Below, piece after piece: positions 35,401-48,400 of a stretch of 64,000 nucleotides of DNA (positions within the stretch are counted from its first letter, which is position 1; each line of letters opens with the position of its first letter). Under the pieces are notes generated by a model. It had not been told where the DNA came from. It saw only the letters and a program-made list of their open reading frames with translations, and searched no databases. Origin of the DNA: Stylophora pistillata (taxonomy: Eukaryota); the NCBI RefSeq assembly GCF_002571385.2, contig NW_019217880.1, positions 416,012-480,011 on the forward strand, written 5' to 3'. The position numbers and the translations under genes are program-made.

Positions 35401-38400
35401 AATGTCCTTTTCCATACTTTTTTCGTCGATAATGCATCGTACGTGTTGTTGACAATCAAACAATTAGAATGAATACATTAGATCGTAATTGCGGTCTTGG
35501 CAAACAGTTGAGCGGGAGACAACTTAGCCTAAAGCGCCTCGAAAAAGGTATTCACGAAGTTTCGGTGGTGTCAAAGTTGTTTTTCTTAGGCCGATGCCAG
35601 TATTCTTTAAACACGAATCTGATGGAGGTTTAGGAGGAATTTTACTGATACTCTTTTACTATTTGGAAACTCCTCGATCTTAACCCTACTTTCAAACATG
35701 ATTTCACTAAAGCGACTCGATGAAAATAAGCGTGAGCCCATACTAAAAATTCCATACATCTAAACAGAAGTTAGTTTTTTCACCAGTACCTTTTACAAGC
35801 CAAAATTATAATAATGATCAAAAGTTGGAGAACTTTTATTTCTTTTCAAAACTTGACTGTCTGTAGCTTATAAATTCGTGATTTCAACGCTTAGGTCGAC
35901 ATAATTAAGGCTGAGAGCAATCGTCACCAGACCGTAGAAAATTCCTTTGAAACTTCAGACTAGAGATCGAGAAAGCAAGAGAAAATACCACGCAGTCTGA
36001 AACATGTAACTTCATACCACGCAATGGTTCTAGAATTCAACTTCTATCAAAATCTTTTTTCTTAAAAGAGAGAGAATTAATAATTAAAATCCTGTAACTT
36101 CAACGCTTTCCAGTTTCGTGATTTATGCAGTTCACTAACAATATTTTCTGACTTCGATCCTTTACAAAGAGGTCGTATATCTAAACATTTGTTTCCTAAA
36201 TAACAGCTTAGAACAAAGAGTAACTTACAAACTAGATTGTAGCCTATGTGCGTGAGTTAAAAATATGCCCTCTTCGTTGAGTTCTCTAAAACAAGCAACA
36301 CGAAAACAGATTTTACGGGAGGGCATTAAACTACTTTGTCTCTGTAGGACACAGCTTTAAAGTTACAAATGAAGCGAGCATACCCGTAGGACACGGCCGA
36401 GCTCGCCACGAGGTTTCTGAAACTCAGCTCTACAGTATCAGAACGCGAAATTGAAATTGAATGGTGTTGGGAAGACTTTTCCTTTTGTTCCACGGTCGTA
36501 AAAAGTACTCTATCTTCCTTCACCTGAAATAGTTCAAAGTGTGAAAATATCGTTCATGAACATTTTAGATCGCTTGTTTCCTAACTTGTACTCGTTAAAG
36601 TTATATCTTATCTTTTCGTTGGAATGATGATGAATGGTAGAGAGGATGAGTATAAAGAAAGATTTGGACAGTTGACTTGCGATTTAATAGGAATATTCAT
36701 CAGTGCCAAAAATGAAGATAAATAAAGGTACTGGATAAAATTATTTGTTTTTTGTCTACTTAGTAAAGATGCACAATTTTACTGTTTATTGTCTGGTTTC
36801 CAATAAATCAGTGTGGCAAAGCGGTGAACAGAGTAATGTAGTGCTGGTACACAGATGACACGCATCGTAAGAATGGTGAGCAAAACCAGTTCAGTTTGTC
36901 AGTGGTCATACATTATTAGCATTCACATTAACGGCTTTACTGCATTCACGAAACTTTCTACTATTTCCATTTTGAATGTGACATCTTCAATAGATTTATC
37001 ATTACTATTGTGTATGATAATCTGCTCGATTTCCATTACTACCAAAAACCTTCAAATAAGAAAAATCTCCCAATCGTTCTCAGAAAGATACTTATCTTTT
37101 AAGTAAATAAATTTCAAAGCTTTGGTGTAACTTGGGATTAGTACACAGAAATAAGCCTGTCTGATTAGTTTTTAAGAAAATTTTTCACGTCTGCGTCTTG
37201 CTTCTCCCTTTTTTCTTCTTTCATTACATTTTTTGTGTTTGAATAAGCGAGACAAAGTCCTGCTCATTTTTCAATCTGGATAATTACTTGTCCTGCTGTG
37301 TTTTTGTTGCCCCGTTTTTTCGACCTTTTGCTCTCTAATCTTCGGATCCTCAACAGCTAACAAATCATCCTGCCTTTATGTCGCGTATTTAGCTTTTCAA
37401 AAGAATAAACGCTCGCAAATTACGGACAAATAAAGAAGCGATAAATTTCATTCATCAAAGTACAACATTTCCTTAGGCAAGACAAAAGAAAGTCATTCCC
37501 TCCGCTTCGTTAGATGTAATAGCCATCTGTTGTTTTCACAGAATTCACAACTCTCAAACGAGAAGGAAACGAAAGAGTATTAATAAATCTATAAAGGCAA
37601 TTCAGTTCTTTCGTATTTAGATTAGCTTTCTACTGCTCCGAAAAAGGAAAAATTAAATAAAAACCGAAACCAATCATGACGAGGAGTAAGAATCGAAGCT
37701 GCTAAACTAAAACATAGCCAGTTTCCTCTACATATATCAAAAAATTTAATGACAGCGCAAATTGACTAGTATCCTACGCTAGTTTTTTTTATCACGATGA
37801 ATGACATTCAACGAGAATGTATTTGCGCCCGTATTGGTATAACCGGTTTGGTTGAAAATTGCTCCTCTAGTTTATGTCTGCCCTACTGATACACAATCAA
37901 GTCGTGGTTATTGAACTGAAAGGTTATTAATTAATCCGAAATTGATGATGAATTCTCACAAGCAAAAAGAGAGCGGTGGTATGTATATTTTGTTTATAAA
38001 ACCTCAGATGAAGACATTAAGAAGACTTTCCGATATCATTTTGAGACGGTTTCCGAAATATTTTGTGGTTATACTAATCAGCGGGGCTTACTAACAGAAA
38101 GTAAGAATATTCGACGCACATGCTGCAAAGAGAAAATATGAAATTTTAATGAAATTCGAAACAGGCCAAACAACACCTTCCTGAAAAAATATGTTATTTT
38201 CCAAGATTAAACAGCTTCCATATACTTAACATGATATTCCTGACATCCCGCACGTGCTACCAGCATCGTACGTGTAGTAGAAGTTATTCGGGGGAATTCA
38301 GTTAATGAATCTTACTAATAAAGGAAACCGCAAATTTATTTTCTACATTATTAAACTTGAATAACCTTATCCTTTTCGTTTTGTGGAAGATACTTCGATA

Positions 38401-41400
38401 ACAACTTGTAATCGCACACAATGTTATTTTGGGTGACGTTTGGCCACTTTATTCAGTGGCAAAGAGTAGCTAATGTACATCTGGATTTTCAAAAGATGAA
38501 AATGGCGGTATCCCTTATCTAGATTCTAAACCAGAGGGCAAACAAGGATTTCCTACCTCTCTTCGATCTAAAGTTTTTGAGGTAAAAGAAAGGAACTCAA
38601 TGCGAACACCACGTCATAAGAAAGCACCTACGGAAAGGGGCGGATCGACAAGCACAGCTAGAATGGAAAAACGGTTTGAAGATTCTCGTATTTTCAAACC
38701 AACAGCACGGTTTCTTTCATATTCCTTTTCTCTTCTCAGCGGTACCAAAACCACCAGAATTTCGTGCTTCAGTTTTTCTGATTCTTAAATTGAAAATCTG
38801 AAACGTGAGTTTATCAATTTCCAGAAGAGATCAATTTAACGAAAGAACAATTACTTGGGAGCCAAAGGAAATTGCGCTTTAAATTATTTTAAAATTGATA
38901 GATACATTGTGGAACAAAAGACAATAAAATAATTATATAACCACATTTAGTAATTTCGTCGAAAAAAGGTGCATCATCTCGTTTCAGCGCGTTGAATACA
39001 CCGCCACACACAAAGCTCCCAGGAATAATGCTTTTAATGTTATATGACGAATTTTATAAAATCATTTGTTTCCATCATGTGGTTGATGCAAACGATGTAA
39101 AGAACACAGTAGCATTTGGATTTAAAGTGTTTTCCTCCTCTATTACTTTCGGTCTCTCTCTTTTTTTTTTCTATTCTTACTTTCCTTTTTAACACCATTT
39201 GCGCATAATATCTTGAAAGAGTTGTAAAAAAAAAGGCGATTGGAATCAACAGTTAAAATATTGGTCGAGTTTCGGAGCAACCCTAAATGCGTGAGAACAG
39301 TGCTCTCAGCTTAAAAGACACTCCGACGAACAAGCACTCTTAAGGGCGCCATTGTTTTCAAAAACGTCAAACTCCAATCTCATTAATGGTTAATTTTCTT
39401 TCTTTCGAGACTGAAATTGGAAATTATTGTCCTTAATTTATCAATTAAAATGAATCATCGTTTCGAACGGCAGATGTTTCTTATTCATGTTGAATTGTCA
39501 AAGATAGGTTCTCTTTCCATACAGTTCCTCATAACACGATATCCGCAAAAAAGTCATCCCATGACGGGGCTAAGAAGCATTGTCCTATCTCTGATAAAAT
39601 CGCTTAAAACATTTGGTGTATGAAGTACTCGACTTCTCCGAGTCATAAGATCCAATATCCTACAAGGGTCGCTCTTTGATCTCTTTCCCTCTTTGAAATG
39701 CTGCATTTGATTACCAGCAACTAATTTATTTAGAGGAACCACTTCAAACTTTAACCGAAAGATGCTTTGAGGAAATCATTTGTAAAGATAGGAAATTTTA
39801 ATTGCATTAGTAATATCCGCTTCTTGCTCAAGGGCACCTAGAATGAGCGATTTTCCCTGCACAGCTGATTAAGGTAACCCAGTAACGATAGCATCCAAGC
39901 AAGCAAAACACAAGAGATCACCGATACAATATCATCTGAGTGAAAAAAGCCACGCCTTCTAAAAGCAGAGATGCCGTCTCCTTCGACGAGTGACCAAGGG
40001 CGGGAGATGAAAAGGGAGGTTTTATCATTCCGCTGAAAAAAGATCACAAACTGATTTGCCTTTGCATTCCTACTATCAATTTCGGCAGTCTTTCTTTCTT
40101 CTAAAAATAGATACATACAAGCTTCGTTGGACGGTTTCCACGATGAAACATTCTCTATATTAAATTTATGTATTAATTTGTTTGTGAAAAATTAAAATAT
40201 ACGCTTCTGTCTTTCGTGTGACCTTTCAAAGAGCGACTCAATCGAGATAGAATGAGTTGGAAAGGATAGTTAACAAAACTAGTTAAATATATTGTAGCTT
40301 CACTTCTTTGGTAACAGCAAACTAACAATATATTTAGTTGACAATAACAAACGATTTCTTACCAGATGAATGAAGTCTGGATTCAGCATGAGAGAGTCGA
40401 GGTCGTTTCGAGGTTAATGACTCTCCACTACAAGATAGAGATATGTTCTGTACCGCGCAGCTGGCAAAGGAAATATAATCACCATAACTATTACAGAAAG
40501 TCTTTTTATTTAGTTTTTGGTCATTTCTTACGCATTTTATTTCACAATCTACAGGGATAAATACGGATGGAGTCTACCGAACCCTCCCTAAAAGTAGCCA
40601 AGGAGTGCCGAGATCGTATATTTTAATCATTCTGATCCCTAAACAGTCTTACAAACGTCGCACTTTTAGGTTGATCATTACCTGCTCGGTTTTTCATTTC
40701 GTCAAGAAATTATGATTGCTGTGGCAGTGATTTTTTTTTTTATCAAATTGAAGAAAAACTTGGACGAATGAGGACGATTTTTGCCTCATCGACTCATTAC
40801 ATCGCATTCTCGTTAGAGAAATATCGCCACTGAAAGCACACATCCTATTACTTTACTAACAGGAGATGAATTGGTGACAGCAAAGCCACCAACTCAGAAT
40901 GGAAAGAGATTGGGGAAGAACTGAAAATCATGACAAAGCGGAGGTACCGAAAGTGGACTTATGATAGGTCATAAAAGTCATATATGGCAGAATCCTGATC
41001 AAGTGGTGAAGGTTTAAGATTCCATTGAATCACCATGTCACGGTGGATTCTTCATCAAAACCCTTTACCCCTAAATTGTGCATGCTTATCCTCGCAAAGG
41101 TTTAACACTTAAAGCAAGTTAATAAAGAGGCAACCTCAAAATATTCTGAATCATTTCTGAGACGTGTACAACTTCCTTGAACTCAAAAAACGGATGGGAA
41201 AGGACGAACTTACCCAAACTTTGACATACGCTCCTTTCACCCTTTAAGCTCTGGTCAACATTTAATTCTCCCCACTGGTCTCTCTCCGTATCTCAGTCTC
41301 GTGACAACTACGGTGAGAATTTCTTTGATTCTCGTGACCTTTACCCATCACATTTCCAACACTGGAAGGAAAATCAATGCAAATAACTCTTGGGAGCTTA

Positions 41401-42967
41401 AAGGGGGAAACCGAGCAACGTGGTTGAAAAAAAAAGTAGAAAGTTGACAACTTTCAATCCATGGAGATATCAACTTGCGTAGTTTTTTTTCTGCTTGTCT
41501 TTACCCTCCTAGTTAACCTACAAATAATGGTTAAGAAATAAATTACGATTATATTTACATGACAACGTTGCTTTCTCTCCTATCTTCCCGATGCTATCCT
41601 GAAAAAGAATTTAAAGAAGTGGAAATTTTATTTCGTTTTGAGCGGTCTGCTTTACTGTTCGTCGAAATAAGAGATTTTTCAAAGACTGGTCTTACTACTG
41701 AACGTTACGGTTTAATTTCGTTTCACTAATTTACTACAGACTCTCTTTGATGCTGTCAGAAGAAAGGAAGATATCGGAAAGGAAGACTCAAAAGCCTCAT
41801 GTGCATTCGAGCATCTAGTTCAGTGTATCAAGGAACAAGTGTACGTGGAAAATGATGAAAAAGGGGAAATCACAAAAATATGAAATAGAATTCACGAAAA
41901 GAAAGCAAGGTTAAAATGGCACAACTAAAATAACCGCTACAAAGATCGAGACACAGTGGTGTCAAAGCAAGTATTAATTAATTCACTTGTGCTAAAAAGT
42001 TCTAAGAGATCCTGCTCTCTTACCGGCAAGAAGTGATGGGAATTGTGAATACTCTCTCGAGGTGCTGGTTTAAAGTAGGGTTAAATCCTTGATTATTTGG
42101 CACACATCACTTCTATTTTCCAAAAACTGATATCAATTGTCTCTAGTGCATCTCAGTACTTCACACCCAACCACAGAATCTTGTTCTGAGAAACACAGAA
42201 TAACGGAGAAGCACCCGGAAAAAACTGCCAAATTTCAAGGTCCTTTCACCAAACATCCTTCAACCACCATGGCCAAAGTGATACAATCTTTTAGTATCGA
42301 GCAGTTTTCTTATATCGGGATACAATTAAATAATGAAGAAATATGAAAATATAAAATTACTGACTTTAGTACAATGTGATATACACGCGGTACGTTTTAT
42401 TACTGTTTCATTTTGTGTGACTTGGGTTAAGTGTCAAAAACCCCCATATCTCGTAGCTCTCACGTTAACTGAACAAACTTAGAATTTCAGTTCAAGAGCA
42501 GTTTATTTTCTCTACTTGCATACTCGATAGAGAGAGTCAGAACCAACTAACCAGCCATAGCTTATAAACTTATATATTGGGCTCTAAGGGCCACTACATT
42601 TTAGTGCAAGGAAACCGGAAAACAACAGATACATATAAAAGCTTCGGAAATATCTGTGTGTTTTGCTGCATCAGTACATCACCTGAAAGAAGCACATATA
42701 TGACATCGATGATGTAGTCGGTATTTGCCCTAGAAGGAAGTCGTCTGGCGAAACTCTTTGATAGAAACCTTTAGCCTCCTTAATTTTTGTAGGACAGTGT
42801 TTATATCATAGTGGATGTCTCAGTTAGGCCTCGCAAACTCGTTGAGTAAATCAACTACTTGACGTTAGCGCAAACTACTAAGATATTCTCAGTGGCGTTT
42901 TTCAGTCCCTTTTTTTTCCATTTGATGCACGTCGTTCACTCGATGCAAGCCTTTAAAAAAAAGTAAC

Positions 42968-43056
42968 AAAGCCTTTATTAGAATGTCATATCAATGATCT
43001 TTAAAAAAAAAGGAAAAAAAGCCTTTTAATTATTAGAATGTCATGTCAATGATCTT
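42968..43056. repeat. Local tandem duplication of about 55 bp
   Basis: AAAGCCTTT..ATTAGAATGTCATRTCAATGATCTT occurs twice, separated by an A-rich run. Confidence 0.7.
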
Positions 43057-43688
43057 ATTCAACACTAAATAAGTGAAGCTTTGTACACAGAAAGGTCCTG
43101 GATGATCTTTTTTACTCTAGAAGCTACGCTTATTAAAAAGATATATTTCATCTAACATCTACCTAAAAGAGTCTTGTGTGCTAGTTATGTGACAGAATCA
43201 CACATTTTGCAGGGTTTTGTAAAGTGATTAAATCCATGCGGGATGTAAGGAGTACACGAGGAAAGCTTGCCACTTGCAATTGATTTATAAACCTTTTCTC
43301 GTGTTACTGTCTTTAATGTCTATCAAATGAAAAGTTTGTCAGAGAGACTGAAAAAAAAGCGCTTACTCTGATTTATTTTGAATTCATTTAAATAATTAGT
43401 TGCTGATTCTCAGAAAACCAATGAAAAAGGTAATCAACCCATGATAAAGTAATCGAAGACTGACACCCAAAGTATGCGCTGCCGGTGAGAAGCACTGAGA
43501 CGAAAACGACTAAATAAATGGTATGGCACCACTCTCACCTTCACATCCGCGAATGGAACTGGATAAATTAAGCCAATTAAAGAAATGACAAAAGGTTTTC
43601 AAAATTCAATCCGGCCAGATTAAAAGGCCAAACAAACTGCGAGGCCATTCCAAACTAGGGCAATTTTCACGGTAACGTGGCACAAGCG

Positions 43689-43771
43689 TTTCTTTTTTCC
43701 TTGCTTTTTTTGTCTCTGTTTTCTTTTTTCTTTTTTCTTTTTTCTTTTTTCTTTTTTCTTTTTTCTTATTT
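43689..43771. repeat. Polypyrimidine (T5-6C)n low-complexity tract
   Basis: Directly visible repeated TTTTTTC units. Confidence 0.85.
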
Positions 43772-44112
43772 CAATCTCCTGACAACGCATTACGGGCTGT
43801 GCATTGCACCGCCTATCCACAGCATTACTTTGCAAAATCGCCCTTGTATTTCTCCACACAATTTTCCCTAAAATGCAAGACGAAACATGGATGCAAAATA
43901 AAGGCAAAGACACATAGTTCAACGACATTTCTTCGTTATATGCACATAACGATGATACAACCTAAAGTTTTGATGAACATAACGGAGAGATGTCCTGTTC
44001 TAACTCGGGGAAAGCTCGTAAATGAATTAGCGAACGATGCGATCGATCGCATTTTGGTGAACTTCAGAACCATACTAGATCAACGACATCATATGCCTTT
44101 TAATGGAAATAA

Positions 44113-45050
44113 AAATTTTAATTTTTAATTTAATTTAGTAGGTTCGCCGACAGGCAGGGACCCCGCAACAGCTTGCGCCAATTACTGCGGGCCCTAGTAC
44201 CCACCCACCCCACCCCAAGGGAGGACATCTACCACACAGTGATCTCATGCGTGGGAAATTAACGTCTCCTACCCCAACCCTGCAGGAGAAGAGACCTACG
44301 GTTTATTCGTCCTTACCGAGAAGACTAGAATGCCTATCCATTTCCTGATATTATAGAAAGGTAGCACATTCTCCTCAGTAATTTTTCAGACCAATTGTTA
44401 AGAATACTTAAAGTGCAGAAACGTTGTAGTAGGTTAATATTAGATGCTAGTTTTCACAATGTTCAAATGTTCAAGAAACTACAATGGATGCCAATTGATG
44501 ATGTAACACACATGAAGAAATTGTGCATGACGTTCAAAATTGTGAACAGAGAGTGTCCGCATTATTTTACAAGCTGTAGAACTTATCTAAAAAACACCCA
44601 TTCTTATAATACGCGAGCTTCTTTCCATGATCATCTCGCCGTGCCGAAATGTCGCTCCAACGTGGGCCTTCGAACATTTCATGCGAGTGCCACTTACTTA
44701 TGGAACCGCCTGGACGACAAATTTAAAACTGTTACAGATGAAAGCAATTTTAGGAAACTTTTAGAGAACAATTTTCTACAAAGTAATTCAGATCGTGAAC
44801 ATTTTACCATCTCTGGAACGTTTTGAATATATTTATGTGCATGCTGTTCTCGATAATCTAGTTTTTACAATTCTTTTTAATACAGCCCTCAATGTAAACT
44901 ACTGCGTTACCAGTAATTGTGTTAGCTATTAAAGTTTATTTATTTATTTAATTTTAAGACCTTGAGTGTTGGTCCGGCCGGGCTCGAACCCTCGACGTAC
45001 TTCCCGCTCAACAGTCCGGCGCTCTGTCCATTGAGCTAACCGGGAGGCGG
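44113..45050 (-). mobile_element. tRNA-derived SINE interrupted by a LINE fragment
   Basis: Minus-strand head at 45050-44960 has A-box-like TTAGCTCAATGG and B-box GGTTCGAGCCC. The body resumes at 44380-44140, with an AT-rich tandem tail at 44136-44113. The central part is homologous to 48536-48660. Confidence 0.7.
44393..44950 (+). mobile_element. 5'-truncated CR1/L2-like LINE 3' end (ORF2 C-terminus, 3'UTR and tail)
   Basis: QKRCSRLIL..LQWMPI..FKIVN..PHYF..HSYNTR..RTF..SATYLWNRL..F is the typical post-RT region of CR1/L2 elements; it ends in ATTAAAG(TTTA)n. Confidence 0.85.
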
Positions 45051-45474
45051 CAAATGTCTTCTAAGAAGTTTTTTGCGGAAAGCTTACCTTGTGAAAAGTG
45101 GTGAGCGGAGTCGCAAAAGTTTCTGTCGTTATAATCCTCCAGCTGCAGAAGTACATTTCGAATTTCCCGGCTCAGGTTTTGCTGTCCCATTGCTCGCTCA
45201 GAAATGATCAGCGGTTATCCATCGAAGGCTCTCAATGGTCATATAACTAATACAAAATTCTTTATCCGGGAACTTGATACTCTTGCCTTTAGCCTTCGAG
45301 GGTGGTTCGGATTATTGAGGCTTGACCGCCATTTTACTGGGATTGATCCCAAAGACGAAACTCCTTACCCCCCTCTAAAAAATAGTCCAGACAATCACTT
45401 CCGTCCAAAAAAAACAAACGAGAAACTCACTTCCTGTAGGAAAAAGAAGTCGCGTGTCTCTTGGAGCTACAGCC

Positions 45475-48400
45475 ATGGACCTTGAAGACAACCCCACATT
45501 GCACGCCGACTCTTCGCTAGTAAACGGAACGAGTTGTGCGACTGCCACTGCACTAGCACAGGTTCTGGACTCACAGGCTATATCGAGCACCTCTCTAGCA
45601 ACCTTTTCTGTTACCTCTGTGCCTGGGTCGACTGGCTTGGCGGTTCTTACCCCAACACTTGATGGGACCACGACTGTAACGTCCCTACCCGGCTTTGCTC
45701 TTTCCAGTTTTGATCCCGTGGATGTAAAACACGTGGGGGATTCCAGCGAATTAGCCGTAGCGACTGTTGGGGAAGACGGCAGGTTGGTAACAAACAGGAT
45801 TTTAAATTGAACTCTATAACCTCCAAGATTTTAGCTAGAGCTATTTTTTCCTTCTGCTCAAGGGGACATTAAGAATATAAGGAGAAGGTAAAAATGATCA
45901 TTGACATCATAGTATATATACATCGAGGCCCTGTTGTGTTTAGGGCCCAGTTGTTTGAAGGCCTAATAGCACTAACCCGGGGTCAAGTTATTAATCTGGG
46001 TTTCTTTATTTCTCTATTCAAGTGCCTTTTTAGGGTCATTGTCCCTATTCCTTTTTGGGCGTGCAATCATCGAATGGTAGACAAAGAGAATTAAATTGAA
46101 CTTTCTTTTAAAGCTTCCAGAACTGAAATCAAATTTCATAACCCTGGGTTATTTTATCCCAGCTTTGAACAACTCAGCCCAATTGTTCAAAGAGTGGATA
46201 CGATAACGCTGTCCAACGGATAAATTGTTATCGAGGGCCCAGTTGTTCGAAAGCCAATTAATGCTCACCCAAGGTTAAATTTTAATTTGGGCTTCTTCAT
46301 TCCTCTGTTCAAAAGCCTTTTTACCATAAATTTCTCTATTCTTTTTAGAGCATCCAATTATCAAATTGTAGACAAAAAAATCAAATGGAATTTACTTTTA
46401 GAGCTTTCAGATCTGAAATCCGATTTCAAACTAACCCTGGGTTATCTTAACCCAGCTGTGAACAAGGTCGCTCAGCAGATAAGGGTTGACAAAATATACT
46501 GTGTTATCTGCCAGTGCCCAGTTAGAAGGTCGAGCAGCACTCACCCAAGGTCAAATTTATTCCTTTGTTCAAACACCTTTTCAGGATAATTTTCTTTATT
46601 CATTTTAGAGCATTCAATAATCAAATTGCAGGCAAAAAGAATTATACTAAATTTCTTTTAAAGCTTTCAGTTTTAAAATCAGATTTCACACTAATCCTAG
46701 GTTATCTCAACCTAGCTTTAAAATACCCAGTCAAGATAGTTGTTTACCCAGAGGATAGCATTATCCATCCTTTGAACAACCAGAGCCAATGATACTGGAA
46801 GCACTAAAATTAGATTTCACACTAACCACAGGATATCTTAACCTAGCTGTGAACTACTTGGCCAAGATAGTTGTTTATCCAGGATATAACGTTATCCACC
46901 CAGCAACAACCAGAGGCCTATGATAACAGAAGTATACTCATTGCTAGCTGTAAATAAATGACTAGAGCAATTTTTTATTTTTATTTTTAGCATGGTGACA
47001 ACCACCAAAACAGAGGTCCTCTGTTACTAAAATTTTTCATAATTTAGCATCTGACAAAAGTAAACACAGTGTGCAACTACATGATCATAATTATATACTT
47101 CCTGGGCATTCAAGCTGCAGCACAAAATGCATTTCACAGTTATGGGACTAATTTTCAGATTCTGTTTCCATGCATCTGTATTTTTTTAAAGTAAGTTCAA
47201 AGTTAAAGATTTTAAATGAAGTAAGTTTTATTTGACCTGCAGTTGAAATCAAGTAAAGCAATGATCTTGGTAAGTGTGCCCCAATTTGAGCAATTGGAGA
47301 AAAGAGACCTGAAAAATTCAGGCTTTGAATGGATTCAAACCCATACCTCCCTGATACTAGTTGGGCTCTACTACCAACTGAGTTATCAAGCCACACACTG
47401 GTTGCAAGGCAAATTTTGAAGGGTTCTTCTATCCCATAGAGGAATCTGATCACAACAAAACAGTCAAGAACTGCAATTTTGCCTTTTTTGTCCTTGATTA
47501 TCAATGACAAGTCACCAAAGAATTTTGAATAGCCCTTCTAGAAGTTCCTAGAAATCATCAAGAGTCAATCTTTGAGGAGCACACTAGAACTATTTATGAT
47601 TATATAACATAGATATAACTGTTATCTTGCAGAATTATCAATAAAACAAACAGATATATAGTTTATTCTGATTAAAATCACAGCCAAGAGCTGAATTAGA
47701 TTAATCATTACAATTATAGTAAAATCTAATAAAAGTATGATAAAAATATAAGAAAAAATGTTCACAAATTTACTACAATTACTATATATAAATGTGTTCA
47801 TGAGTCTATCTCTTCGTCTTAGCCAGAGGAACCTTAAATTTCCTCTTTCATCTCAGATTGAGTTTACAGTTATGAGGAGGCAAGAGCTTATACAGTTTAT
47901 GGTCTGAGTTACAAGTGATGGAATCACTTGTTTGAAACACTTACTCGGCCTGAAAAGGAGTACACAAGTATTTTTTCATTGGAAATATTTAAGGCCCAAA
48001 TCTTTTGGGAAAATACTCCCCACTCCTTTATCCCCTTACATGCATATTCTCTATATTGTTCTCTAAACATTTCCTGAGGTTTTCACAAGGAGAATTTGTT
48101 TAATAATCAAAAGTTTCTTCATTGGGTGATTATTTCCTTTAATCTTGGGACTTTGCCGTGTGATTTAGGGGTGATATTTTAAGGAGAATTTAGATGATAG
48201 TCAATCTTAAGAGTCAGTGGGTTATATAGCCCATCATTAACCTTCCTATTCATTGGCTAATTTATTTATGATCTATCACAATTTGGCAGTGATTCTTAAC
48301 TCAAGTGTGGCTTGTGCATTTAGTTCTTTTGTTAAAGTGTGGTTCTGTAAAGGAACATCTCTTTTTAAAATTGTTTTTAACCCATTTTATAATAATAATT

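Noticed and set aside
43620-43928. Lys-rich and Phe-rich ORFs
   Set aside because: Artefacts of the (T5-6C)n tract.
46991-47015. Possible small extra HMG20 exon (MVTTTKTE)
   Set aside because: Good acceptor but weak donor, and not needed for a phase-consistent model.
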